Below, piece after piece: positions 18,020 through 26,579 of a stretch of 64,000 bases of DNA. This stretch comes from an uncultured Desulfobacteraceae bacterium. GTDB taxonomy: Bacteria; Desulfobacterota; Desulfobacteria; Desulfobacterales; UBA11574. The notes beneath the pieces are model-generated. The model saw only the letters and a list, made by a program, of their open reading frames with translations, had not been told where the DNA came from and searched no databases. The DNA is taken from positions 8,897-72,896 of the forward strand of contig CAZIIV010000003.1 in assembly GCA_964539365.1 (NCBI GenBank), given 5' to 3'. The translations under genes and the position numbers were made by a program. How positions within the stretch are numbered: position 1 is the first letter of the stretch; each line of letters starts with the position of its first letter.

Positions 18020-18574
18020 ATGCTGGAAGAATATCCCAAAGAGATCACCTTGCCGGACGGTTTTGTTTGTATCCTGAGGCCGATGACCCGGGACGATCAA
18101 GATGCACTCTACAGGTTCTTTATTTCGCTTCCTGAAGAGGACAGAAGATATTTGAGAAACCATGCGACAAACAGAATTCTTATCGAAAAATGGTGCCGTG
18201 ATTTAAACCACGATAAAGTTTTGCCCATACTGGCGGAACATGGAAGCCGGATACTTGCAAACGCAACCCTTCACAGGGAAACCTTTGGGTGGGGAAGGCA
18301 TATCGGCGAAGTCAGGATCACAGTGGCCGCAGATTTTCAGCATCTTGGTCTGGGCTCCCTTCTCTTGGAAGAGCTCTCAAGACTGGCTCTTAAGCACAAT
18401 CTGGAGAAACTCTGCGCAAAGGTTGTTGCCTCCAGGACCTATGTGACCCGGGCTTTTGAAAAAAATGCTTTTGTCCGGGAAGCAACATTGAAAAACTATG
18501 TGAAAATTCTATATAATAAAAACTATGAAGACATTGCCGTTCTTGTCAAGAATTTAAACAAGAAGCCAGAATAG
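18020..18574 (+). CDS. GNAT family acetyltransferase (Pat-type GNAT-like), paralog 1
   Basis: [30 protein letters not shown]...; the acetyl-CoA motif region is [19 protein letters not shown] lies upstream of the ATG at 18020. Confidence 0.8.
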   Translation: MLEEYPKEITLPDGFVCILRPMTRDDQDALYRFFISLPEEDRRYLRNHATNRILIEKWCRDLNHDKVLPILAEHGSRILANATLHRETFGWGRHIGEVRITVAADFQHLGLGSLLLEELSRLALKHNLEKLCAKVVASRTYVTRAFEKNAFVREATLKNYVKILYNKNYEDIAVLVKNLNKKPE

Positions 18575-18588
18575 ATAAAGGAGATGTT

Positions 18589-19782
18589 ATGCGTGAAGTG
18601 GTGATCGCAAGCGCTGTCCGCACGGCTGTGGGGTCTTTCGGGGGTACGTTGAAAAATGTAACTGCTGTCGAGTTGGGAAGTCTTGTCATAAAGGAGGCCC
18701 TTGCCAGAGCCAAGATTCGACCGGAAAAAATTGACGAGGTGATCATGGGTAATGTCCTGCAGGCCGGATTGGGTCAAAATCCCGCACGCCAGGCCGCCAA
18801 GCGGGCGGGAATCAGCCAATACATTCCTTCGACCACCGTTAACAAGGTGTGCGGGTCGGGTATGAAAACCGTCATCATGGCGGCCCAGGCCATAAAATCC
18901 GGGGATGCGGATATCATTGTGGCCGGGGGCATGGAAAATATGAGCGAGGCTCCTTTCGTACTGCCCCACAGCAGATGGGGTCATAGAATGGGCCATGACC
19001 GGGTCATTGATGTTATGATCCAGGACGGACTGTGGTGCTCTTTTGGGGACACCCATATGGGGATTACCGCAGAAAACATTGCGGAAAAATTCAAAATTAG
19101 CAGGGAAGAACAGGATGCGTTTGCCGCTAAAAGCCAGCAAAAGGCGGAGGCGGCCATTAAAAGCGGCCGCTTCAAGGATGAGATCACTCCGGTTCAAGTC
19201 CCCCAGAGAAGAGGAGATCCTATCATTTTCGATACCGATGAATTTCCCAGATTCGGCACTACCGTAGAAAATTTGGCTAAACTTAAGCCGGCGTTCCGCA
19301 AAGACGGAACTACCACTGCGGGGAACAGCTCAGGGATAAATGACGGTGCTGCGGCGCTTGTAATTATGAGTGCTGACAAGGCCTTTAAGATGGGGATACG
19401 GCCCATGGCCAGGATTATAGGGTATGACTACCAGGGGTGTGAACCTGAGCTCATGGGTACCGGTCCTATTTATGCGGTGCGAAGCGCCATTAATAAGGTA
19501 AGGGAGGAACTGGGCAAGGACATCGACCTTGTGGAACTCAATGAGGCCTTTGCCGCCCAGTCCATCGCATGCCTCAAAGACTTGAATCTGGATCCGGAGA
19601 CTGTCAACGTTAACGGCGGCGCCATTGCCCTGGGACACCCCATCGGATGCAGCGGCGCCAGGGTTTTAACAACCTTGCTTTATGAAATGGAAAAAAGAGA
19701 GGCCAAGGTCGGATTAGCGGCTCTTTGCATTGGCGGCGGAATGGGAATTGCCACTATCGTTGAACGGGAATGGTACTATTAA
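18589..19782 (+). CDS. acetyl-CoA C-acetyltransferase (thiolase II)
   Basis: [10 protein letters not shown] (active-site Cys), [35 protein letters not shown]. Confidence 0.93.
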   Translation: MREVVIASAVRTAVGSFGGTLKNVTAVELGSLVIKEALARAKIRPEKIDEVIMGNVLQAGLGQNPARQAAKRAGISQYIPSTTVNKVCGSGMKTVIMAAQAIKSGDADIIVAGGMENMSEAPFVLPHSRWGHRMGHDRVIDVMIQDGLWCSFGDTHMGITAENIAEKFKISREEQDAFAAKSQQKAEAAIKSGRFKDEITPVQVPQRRGDPIIFDTDEFPRFGTTVENLAKLKPAFRKDGTTTAGNSSGINDGAAALVIMSADKAFKMGIRPMARIIGYDYQGCEPELMGTGPIYAVRSAINKVREELGKDIDLVELNEAFAAQSIACLKDLNLDPETVNVNGGAIALGHPIGCSGARVLTTLLYEMEKREAKVGLAALCIGGGMGIATIVEREWYY

Positions 19783-19808
19783 GTTTTATTAATAAGGAAC
19801 CACAGCAT

Positions 19809-20360
19809 ATGATCCTTTATCAATACCCCAAATCGGAAAATCTAAAAGACGGAAGTCAGATTACGATCAGGCCCCTTAGAAAAGAAGACGAGAAAATGCT
19901 GCATGAGTATTTCCTGAAACTTCCCCCGGAGGATCGGATGTGTCTCAGAAACGATGTTACCGATCCCAAAGTCGTTGAAAACTGGATCTACGATCTTGAT
20001 TACGATGTTATACTTCCCCTTGTGGCCCTGGATGCTGGCCGTATAGTGGCTAACGCCACCTTACAATTTGATCCCGTGGGCTGGACCAAACACCAGGGAG
20101 AAATCCGCATCACCTGTGATCCGGAGTACAGAGAAAAGGGTCTGTCAACGATTCTCGTGGAAAATCTGATACAGATTGCCGTGGATTTCGGTTTGGAACA
20201 ACTCACGGCCGAGATAGCGCTGGTTCTGGACGAAGCTTATTTTCTGTTTGAAAAACTGGGATTTCAGGAGGCTGCCGTTCTCAAAGATTTTATTAAAGAT
20301 TACCAGGAAAATTATCAGGACCTGGTCTTGATGGTCAAGAATATCGCTCAAACGGATTGA
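19809..20360 (+). CDS. GNAT family acetyltransferase, paralog 2
   Basis: Collinear with 18020..18574: IRPLRKEDEKMLHEYFLKLPPEDRMCLRN, ILPLVA, IVANATL, GW..H.GEIRIT, and the ending VLMVKNI. Confidence 0.8.
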   Translation: MILYQYPKSENLKDGSQITIRPLRKEDEKMLHEYFLKLPPEDRMCLRNDVTDPKVVENWIYDLDYDVILPLVALDAGRIVANATLQFDPVGWTKHQGEIRITCDPEYREKGLSTILVENLIQIAVDFGLEQLTAEIALVLDEAYFLFEKLGFQEAAVLKDFIKDYQENYQDLVLMVKNIAQTD

Positions 20361-20381
20361 AGATCGATTTTTGACAATTAA

Positions 20382-21176
20382 CTATCCCTTGGATCCCAAG
20401 CGCAGTCCGCCGTGGATATAAAATACATCTCCGGCCAGAGCCTCATTGCGATAAATATCTCCAACAAAAGCAGCTACTTCTTCAGGCTCAACCAGACGTC
20501 CGATGGGGACCTGTTCTATAATTTTATCCAGGACTTTTTGATTCATTCCTTTGACCATGGGCGTTCCCACATAGCCTGGTGCAATGGCCACGCAACGAAT
20601 CTTGTCTGCCAGGCCACGCCGGAAAAACTCGGCGGTGATCACTTTTGGCATCACCGACATCGCAGCTTTACTGGAGGAATAATTGATCTGGCCCGCCGTT
20701 CCCAGAGAACCGGTGGACGATACCAGACAGATCAATCCTTTGCAGTTATGATTGATCATGCGTTCAACGCATTCCCTCACGGTTAAAAATACACCGGTCA
20801 GGTTGATATCAATAACCGTTTGAAATTGTTCAAGGGACATTTTTCTGTTAACTTTTCCGGTTGTTCTGTCCGTGGACAGCATCAGTCCATCCTTGATAAT
20901 ACCGGCAAAGGGGGCAACCAGATTAATCTGTCCGAATTTTTCAATTGCAGTATCAGCCAGTCTTGCACAATCATCCTCCCTGGTAACATTACAAACCACT
21001 GAAGCGACGTCACCATTTAACGCTTTGATTTCAGCCTCGGCCTGCTCCAGAAATTTTTCAGCCACATCCGCAATAACCACCTTGCCGCCGTTTTGCACCC
21101 AGTATTTGGCCACTGCCAGACCGATGCCGCCAGCGCCGCCGGTAATAACGGCAACAGATTCTTTGATTTCAAGCAT
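20382..21176 (-). CDS. SDR family oxidoreductase (candidate acetoacetyl-CoA / 3-hydroxyacyl-CoA reductase)
   Basis: TGGAGGIG Rossmann motif and a catalytic S...YSSSK triad. Its position in the PHA locus suggests a PhaB-like role, which is an inference. Confidence 0.8.
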   Translation of the reverse strand: MLEIKESVAVITGGAGGIGLAVAKYWVQNGGKVVIADVAEKFLEQAEAEIKALNGDVASVVCNVTREDDCARLADTAIEKFGQINLVAPFAGIIKDGLMLSTDRTTGKVNRKMSLEQFQTVIDINLTGVFLTVRECVERMINHNCKGLICLVSSTGSLGTAGQINYSSSKAAMSVMPKVITAEFFRRGLADKIRCVAIAPGYVGTPMVKGMNQKVLDKIIEQVPIGRLVEPEEVAAFVGDIYRNEALAGDVFYIHGGLRLGSKG

Positions 21177-21194
21177 TTTCTTTTTCTCCTTCTA

Positions 21195-21686
21195 TTATTC
21201 CTTTTTGTTCCTATCTTTTTTTAAAAATCTGTTCAGCGTCTCCATTGTTTCCTGAAACTGTTCGCTCTGCTTTTCTATTATTTCCTGAAACCCTTGAACC
21301 AATTCCCCCTGTGTCTCAACCTTTTTTTCTTCCAAAAGCATCCGCAGGTGTTTTATGGTTTCTTCATGAGCGGCAAGTTTTTCTTTGAGCTCCTCATATT
21401 TTTTGACCAGGGACAGATGTTCGTCTTTAGGTACCACACCCATCAGACGCAAATAATCTTTAAAGGACTCCTGGAATTTTTCTGATGCCTCTTTCCAGGT
21501 TTCCATATAAGCTGGTGTGTCTTTCTCCATATGTTCCAGGCCGTAGAATTTTCTGAACATGGCTGTCAGTTCATCAAAACCTTCAAAGCCCTGTTGCATC
21601 CATTTTGACATGTCTTCCATTTGTTTTTGCCCTTTTGCGGCATTGATCAGAAAATTTCCCCAAAACTCCAAGAAATGTTTGTCCAC
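21195..21686 (-). CDS. Coiled-coil PHA-locus protein, PhaE-C-terminal-like / phasin-like
   Basis: 163 aa. LMGVVPKDEHLSLVKKYEELKEKL resembles the PhaE C-terminal (L)PVPT..E.D.L.K.I..LKK motif. It lies directly downstream of the PhaC-like gene. Confidence 0.55.
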   Translation of the reverse strand: MDKHFLEFWGNFLINAAKGQKQMEDMSKWMQQGFEGFDELTAMFRKFYGLEHMEKDTPAYMETWKEASEKFQESFKDYLRLMGVVPKDEHLSLVKKYEELKEKLAAHEETIKHLRMLLEEKKVETQGELVQGFQEIIEKQSEQFQETMETLNRFLKKDRNKKE

Positions 21687-21752
21687 AATATTTACCTCTC
21701 AAGCGGTTTTTTTATTTAAAGGTATTGGCCTTGCCGGATTTAGCGGCAGACT

Positions 21753-23360
21753 TTACGGTCGTTTTCTATTTGCTTGATTTGGACGCTTTTTTTTAGCGGA
21801 ATTCGTGTCTAATCCGTTTATTTCTTCGTCCAAATCCAATTGATACCGCACAGGTCCCCGATAGTTTTTGTCGCCGAAACGGGTATGAAGCGCACATGCA
21901 GACGTTGGATTTGACCAGGAGGTCGCTATGGCAACATGCCCTTTTGGGAAAGGCGTTACTTCAACATCGATATAATCCAGGGGCGCAAGGGCCGCTTCTT
22001 TCTCCACAAGATCATCTCTTTCACCATAGCAGATAAGCCATTTAATTCCCTGGTCCTGCAGTCGTTTAAAATTAAGCTTTCTGCCGAAAAGGGTTACCGG
22101 AAGTGTTCCATCCTGGGTAATCGGCATGTTATAGGAAACAAAACTCTTATGAGTAATCTCTATGGGAAGGTCATTACGCTCATTGCTCATCCAGTAGTTA
22201 ATTGCGGCCGCCGTCTTGCTGATTTTCACATCTTTATCCCCCTGTCGGCCGAACATCATCAAATCTCTGTAGAACGTGGCCACCGGTGATTCGTCTTCTA
22301 TACTTTTGAGCTTATAGATCCATCCCATAAGTTTGCCGTCCACAACTTTATTTCCATTGGGCAAGGTTTTGGTTCCGTAAGCCAGATCATAAAATCGCTG
22401 GGGCAGGCTATCAAAAAAATTCGCCAGCCCCCTGCTTTTGGTTCCATCTATGGGAGCTACGCAGGTGATCAGAGCATCAACCAGTCCGTCCAGTTCACCG
22501 GAAAGGAGATTGCAAACGGCAAAAAAACCGCCCTGACAATATCCGTTCAACGTGACAGGTTTTCCGTGTCTTTTTTTCACCTTTTCGCAAAATAAGCGGG
22601 TATCAAGGGCATCATCTTCACCGGTCATGACCTGAACCGCCTCAGTCGTATTGATATCCTTGAGGATTCTGATATAGGTGGGAATCCCCTGGTTTGCAAA
22701 ACAATGGGTGTAACTCTTATTTTCATAAGGTAAAAAGGCAAGAATATTGGCCCCCAGAACATAGGGAGGAAGAATCAGGACCGGTTTGCCCTTTTTATTG
22801 ACGGTAACCTTTTTATCCGTGGGAAGGATTTGATAAAGAATGAACCGGTCTGTTTCAGCAACCTTTTTATTGTCACCCCGTTCAAAATGGAACCCATATT
22901 CCGGTTCAATATCCTGGATGGCCTGCGGATACCTGTTGGCCATAACATCCATCATTTTCGTCTGTCGTTCTAAAAAAGATTCCACATCTTCGCCATCAGC
23001 ACAAAAAAGCGTATTGAACATGGCGGCAATGGCGTTTTCCATTTCCATTTTTCCGGAACTCGTGATCGCTTGCATGCCGCTGCTAATCACCTTACCCATA
23101 AGGTCAAGGTTAAAACTCAACAATTCCATATAAGATTGAACGGTCTCCAAGGGTGTATTACTCCAAAATCTCTGTTTTTCCACATCATTGAAATAGCTTG
23201 TCGCAATGAGATAGGGAATCATGAAATCAATTGCGTACTTGGACATGGCACTCAGGTAATTTTGTGAGACACTCATGAGGTGAGAGAATGCAGAAACGTT
23301 TTTGCAAAATATATTGGTCAGAAAATCAGGATCATTCAGGTTGTTCTTCACCTTAACCAT
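21753..23360 (-). CDS. PhaC-like alpha/beta-hydrolase (putative second PHA synthase, 535 aa)
   Basis: Lipase-box GYCQGG with a Cys nucleophile, Asp in YGERDDLV, His in PKGHVAI. The ~200-aa N-terminal region is unlike class III PhaC. The C-terminal tail is basic. Confidence 0.7.
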   Translation of the reverse strand: MVKVKNNLNDPDFLTNIFCKNVSAFSHLMSVSQNYLSAMSKYAIDFMIPYLIATSYFNDVEKQRFWSNTPLETVQSYMELLSFNLDLMGKVISSGMQAITSSGKMEMENAIAAMFNTLFCADGEDVESFLERQTKMMDVMANRYPQAIQDIEPEYGFHFERGDNKKVAETDRFILYQILPTDKKVTVNKKGKPVLILPPYVLGANILAFLPYENKSYTHCFANQGIPTYIRILKDINTTEAVQVMTGEDDALDTRLFCEKVKKRHGKPVTLNGYCQGGFFAVCNLLSGELDGLVDALITCVAPIDGTKSRGLANFFDSLPQRFYDLAYGTKTLPNGNKVVDGKLMGWIYKLKSIEDESPVATFYRDLMMFGRQGDKDVKISKTAAAINYWMSNERNDLPIEITHKSFVSYNMPITQDGTLPVTLFGRKLNFKRLQDQGIKWLICYGERDDLVEKEAALAPLDYIDVEVTPFPKGHVAIATSWSNPTSACALHTRFGDKNYRGPVRYQLDLDEEINGLDTNSAKKKRPNQANRKRP

Positions 23361-23390
23361 AGATGTTTACCCCCATAACTCAAGAACTTA

Positions 23391-23444
23391 TGTGGCTCAT
23401 AGCCTTAAACCCGGATTTCCTAAGGGCTAAAGCCATGAGCCACA
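23391..23444 (-). other. Intercistronic stem-loop between the phasin and PhaC-like genes
   Basis: tgtggctcat+agcc pairs with ggct+(aaagcc bulge)+atgagccaca, giving 14 paired positions. No T-run follows. Confidence 0.4.
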
Positions 23445-23458
23445 CACAAAGTTTGGCT

Positions 23459-23725
23459 TTATTTGCTAAAACCGGTAAAACATTTTTCTACATTTTGATA
23501 GTTTTGCTCAATTATTTTTTTGAAATCCTCACAACCTTTTTTATAGCTCTTCATCCACTCATTTATGGCTTTTCTTCCCTCCTCGGGCATCCATGTTGCC
23601 TGATCTAAAAGATAGGTTGTCATTTTTTCGTTTTGCTCCCTAAACATGGCCATTGTGTTATAGCTGTTGTCAAAGGCAGTTTTATTGAATTGAGCCATCT
23701 GCTTAAAAATTTGATAGTTTTCCAT
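23459..23725 (-). CDS. phasin-like small protein, tandem paralog B
   Basis: 88 aa, collinear with 23743..24027. They share QATWMPEEGRKAIN.W.K.YKKG.EDFKK. Confidence 0.65.
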   Translation of the reverse strand: MENYQIFKQMAQFNKTAFDNSYNTMAMFREQNEKMTTYLLDQATWMPEEGRKAINEWMKSYKKGCEDFKKIIEQNYQNVEKCFTGFSK

Positions 23726-23742
23726 TACGTCAACTCCTTTCC

Positions 23743-24027
23743 TTATTTTTTAGTTTTTTGATCCTTATCGAATGCGCTAAAAAAATCTTCCACTTTTTTA
23801 AAGTTTTCATCCACGCCCTTCTTGAAATCCTCACGCCCTTTTTTATAGGCTTTTACCCAATCATTGATCGCCTTCCTTCCTTCCTCGGGCATCCATGTTG
23901 CCTGATTCAAGATCGTACCGGCCATACTTTCGGCCTGCTCCTGAAGCAAAACCATGGCATTGAAGGTGTTGTCAAACGTTGTTTTCTGAAAATCGATCAT
24001 TTGCTTTGCAATTTTTGATGAATCCAT
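23743..24027 (-). CDS. phasin-like small protein, tandem paralog A
   Basis: 94 aa, helical, adjacent to and divergent from phaR. It has a candidate strong promoter upstream. Confidence 0.65.
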   Translation of the reverse strand: MDSSKIAKQMIDFQKTTFDNTFNAMVLLQEQAESMAGTILNQATWMPEEGRKAINDWVKAYKKGREDFKKGVDENFKKVEDFFSAFDKDQKTKK

Positions 24028-24085
24028 GGTAATAATTCCTCCTGTTAATTTTTTTATTTTATGGTTTGAAATTGTTCATGTAAGA

Positions 24086-24113
24086 ATAATAACCTTTAAA
24101 TTTTATTTGTCAA
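24086..24113 (-). promoter_or_regulatory. Candidate sigma70 promoter for the phasin genes (TTGACA-16 nt-TATTAT)
   Basis: On the minus strand, the -35 is at 24113..24108 and the -10 at 24091..24086. The -35 lies inside the left arm of the palindrome below. Confidence 0.5.
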
Positions 24114-24149
24114 GACAAAAATGTTGCGCCGCATCATTTTTGTCTTGAC
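24109..24149. promoter_or_regulatory. 41-bp near-perfect palindrome (candidate PhaR operator) in the phasin/phaR divergent region
   Basis: gtcaagacaaaaatg-t-tgcg-c-cgca-t-catttttgtcttgac. The arms are perfect 15-bp repeats around a TGCGcCGCA core. The outer arms contain TTGACA (minus strand) and TTGACT (plus strand) -35-like hexamers. Confidence 0.55.
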
Positions 24150-24284
24150 TTGGTTTTGTTCAGGTATAAATTAATAACCGTCCTAAATTAAGCTTAAATT
24201 TGACAAATATGTTAAATTTATAATATTCTATAAGACCTAAAAAACTTTAAATATTGCAATACAACATAAAATAAGGAAGAGCAG

Positions 24285-24758
24285 ATGCCTGATAAAGTAA
24301 CATTAAAAAAATATGCCAACAGACGACTGTACGACATGGAAAAAAGCGCCTATGTTACCCTCAATCAGGTGGCGGATCTCATCAGACAGGGCCGTCAGGT
24401 GGAAGTGATTGATGCAAAAAGCAAAGAGGAGGTAACCGCCTCCATTCTCAGCCAAATTATTCTGGAAGAAGCAAAAAACAAAAACATTCTTTTGCCGGTA
24501 CCGGTTCTTCACCTGATTATTCAATACGGTGATAATGTACTGGGAGAATTTTTCGAGAAATACCTTCAGCAAATGATTCAAACATACCTTGCCCATAGAC
24601 ATGCGGTTGACGATCAGTTCAAAAAATGGCTCGAAATGGGACAGGATTTTTCAAATATGGCCCAACAAACCATGACTGGTCTGTCACCCTTCAAATCCTT
24701 TTTTGATCAATTTTCTTCTTATTCAAATAAACAGGAACAAAAAAAGGAAAAAGAATAA
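24285..24758 (+). CDS. phaR: polyhydroxyalkanoate synthesis repressor PhaR
   Basis: The KKYANRRLYD...YVTL..VA.LIR.G..V.V.DAKS.E.VT..IL.QIILE N-terminal DNA-binding signature. Confidence 0.92.
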   Translation: MPDKVTLKKYANRRLYDMEKSAYVTLNQVADLIRQGRQVEVIDAKSKEEVTASILSQIILEEAKNKNILLPVPVLHLIIQYGDNVLGEFFEKYLQQMIQTYLAHRHAVDDQFKKWLEMGQDFSNMAQQTMTGLSPFKSFFDQFSSYSNKQEQKKEKE

Positions 24759-24769
24759 ATATTTTCCTG

Positions 24770-25255
24770 TCAGCGTTCTGTTATTATTGTTGCTTTAGGA
24801 CCAATAATGTTAAGTTTTGCCGTGCGGGGTGATATGATTTTGAGAAAGGTTGATGGATCCACAATTTTCGCGCCTTGGAAAATCCTTAAGTCTAAAAGAT
24901 GATGGTCACCTGATATGATATAATCAGCCTCCCCTTCCAGGCCGCAAGCCAGAATTTTGTTGTCTTCCGGATCGTCAGGAATGGCGTCAATTTCCAACTC
25001 ATCAGGGGTAATGAAAGCAACCTTACTCATTTTATCAAGAAAATTATAAACCTCATCCGGGGTTATTTTATTTTTTTGCATCAGCTTGACCAGCTTGGGA
25101 TAGCGTAAAACTCGCCGGGTCTCTTCCAGGATGGCCGGAGAGATAATTGGGTTTAATTTTCCCTCCAGAATGAGTTTAAGGATTTTGGCCGGATTGCCTT
25201 TGGGGGTAAGAATGGCGCTTACCAGAAGATTGGTGTCGACTACGATCCTGGTCAT
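24770..25255 (-). CDS. PIN-domain toxin (type II TA)
   Basis: IVVDTNLLVSA start, with later acidic residues typical of PIN. An ATGA overlap links it to the upstream antitoxin gene. Confidence 0.8.
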   Translation of the reverse strand: MTRIVVDTNLLVSAILTPKGNPAKILKLILEGKLNPIISPAILEETRRVLRYPKLVKLMQKNKITPDEVYNFLDKMSKVAFITPDELEIDAIPDDPEDNKILACGLEGEADYIISGDHHLLDLRIFQGAKIVDPSTFLKIISPRTAKLNIIGPKATIITER

Positions 25256-25527
25256 ACGGTTTTGGCTGCTTCAACAGCTTCATTAATCGTTTTTTTAAGC
25301 GCTTTCGGGTCCTCACCTTTCATCTTTCCCCAAATCTGCTCAAGGGCTGACATGGCCGCATCCTTGTCTTTTTGCAAGGCCTGGAATTTTTCCATGGAGA
25401 CTACGGCAACCAGCGGCTTGCCGGCGCGTTCTATAATATACTCGTCGCCTTTTAAAGAGACTTCGTTCATTATCTGGCCCAGGTTTTGCCGGGCTTTCAT
25501 GGCGGAGATTTTTTTAAGCATTTTCAT
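25252..25527 (-). CDS. Phd/YefM-type antitoxin
   Basis: ISAMKARQNLGQIMNEV....YIIERAGKPLVAVVS. The start could instead be 25521, which has better SD spacing. Confidence 0.78.
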   Translation of the reverse strand: MKMLKKISAMKARQNLGQIMNEVSLKGDEYIIERAGKPLVAVVSMEKFQALQKDKDAAMSALEQIWGKMKGEDPKALKKTINEAVEAAKTV

Positions 25528-25545
25528 GTTCCTTTTTGTTTGAGT

Positions 25546-25579
25546 TAATTATAATAATTATATTAACTATTATAGTTAA
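25546..25579. promoter_or_regulatory. Two adjacent palindromes upstream of the antitoxin gene (candidate TA autoregulatory operator)
   Basis: TAATTAT-A-ATAATTA (25546..25560) and TTAACTAT-T-ATAGTTAA (25563..25579), 19-52 nt upstream of the antitoxin start. The region is AT-rich, so chance palindromes are possible. Confidence 0.4.
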
Positions 25580-25742
25580 TATGGGGAGTTTGTCAAGGGA
25601 GGTTAGTTTTTTAAACCCTCATGGTTGCTGGTTTTTGTCTATACAAAAAAACAGCGCAGAGAACAAAGAACAGTAAAAATATTGGTCCAAAGAAACAGCT
25701 TTTTGTTATCCCCAAAGAGGATTTACTTTGTTATCGAGGTAT

Positions 25743-26579
25743 TTATATTTCGGGAACCATTTGACGCAGTTCTTCATAAGAGAAAACCGGACCGTCGACA
25801 CACACATACTTCGTCCCGATATTGCACCGTCCACAGATGCCTATTCCGCATTTCATGCGTTTTTCCAACGTGGTAATAATCTGATGATCTTCAAAATCCA
25901 ACCTTTTGAGCCCGATCAGAACAAACTTGATCATAATGGGCGGTCCACAGGTAACGGCCATGCAGTTATACGAACTCGGCGCTTCTTCGGTAAGCACGGT
26001 AGGCACAAAACCCACCCGCTTCTTCCAACCCGGAAATTCTCGGTCCACGGTGAGCACCAGCCTTACCCCGCCGGAACGCCATTCATCGAATTCATAGGTA
26101 TAGCAAAGATCTTCCGGTGAACGTGCACCGTAAATCACCATGATATTACCATAATCCCTTCGGTTATCCAGCATATAGAGAAGCAGGGTGCGCAACGGGG
26201 CCATGCCGATCCCGCCGGCGACAAATAGAATGTCATAACCTTTTAATTTTTCAACAGGAAAACCATTTCCCAGAGGAGCGCGCACCCCGATCTGATCACC
26301 GATATTCATCTGGTGCAGCCGCTGGGTCACCTCACCGGTGCGCATGACACTGAACTGCAAATAATCTTTTCGAGTCGGCGGAGAGTTTATTACGAAGGTG
26401 GACTCTCCCACTCCGAAGACGGAGAGTTGCCCGACCTGTCCGGGTTGAAATGAAAATTCGCTCATCTTTTGTTCGTTGTTCAAAACCACTCTAAAAGTAA
26501 GGATATTTGAGGTTTCCTGAATAATATCCTGAATGGTCGCCAATTCCGGTCGAAACGGATTAGATTCAAACTTCGGCAC
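25743..26579 (-). CDS. flxA: FAD/NAD(P)-binding oxidoreductase with a C-terminal 2Fe-2S site (FlxA-like / PyrK-AsrB-like)
   Basis: RLHQMNIGD, FVAGGIGMAPL, C-terminal CGIGICGRCN. It is the last gene of the hdr-flx cluster. Confidence 0.8.
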   Translation of the reverse strand: MPKFESNPFRPELATIQDIIQETSNILTFRVVLNNEQKMSEFSFQPGQVGQLSVFGVGESTFVINSPPTRKDYLQFSVMRTGEVTQRLHQMNIGDQIGVRAPLGNGFPVEKLKGYDILFVAGGIGMAPLRTLLLYMLDNRRDYGNIMVIYGARSPEDLCYTYEFDEWRSGGVRLVLTVDREFPGWKKRVGFVPTVLTEEAPSSYNCMAVTCGPPIMIKFVLIGLKRLDFEDHQIITTLEKRMKCGIGICGRCNIGTKYVCVDGPVFSYEELRQMVPEI

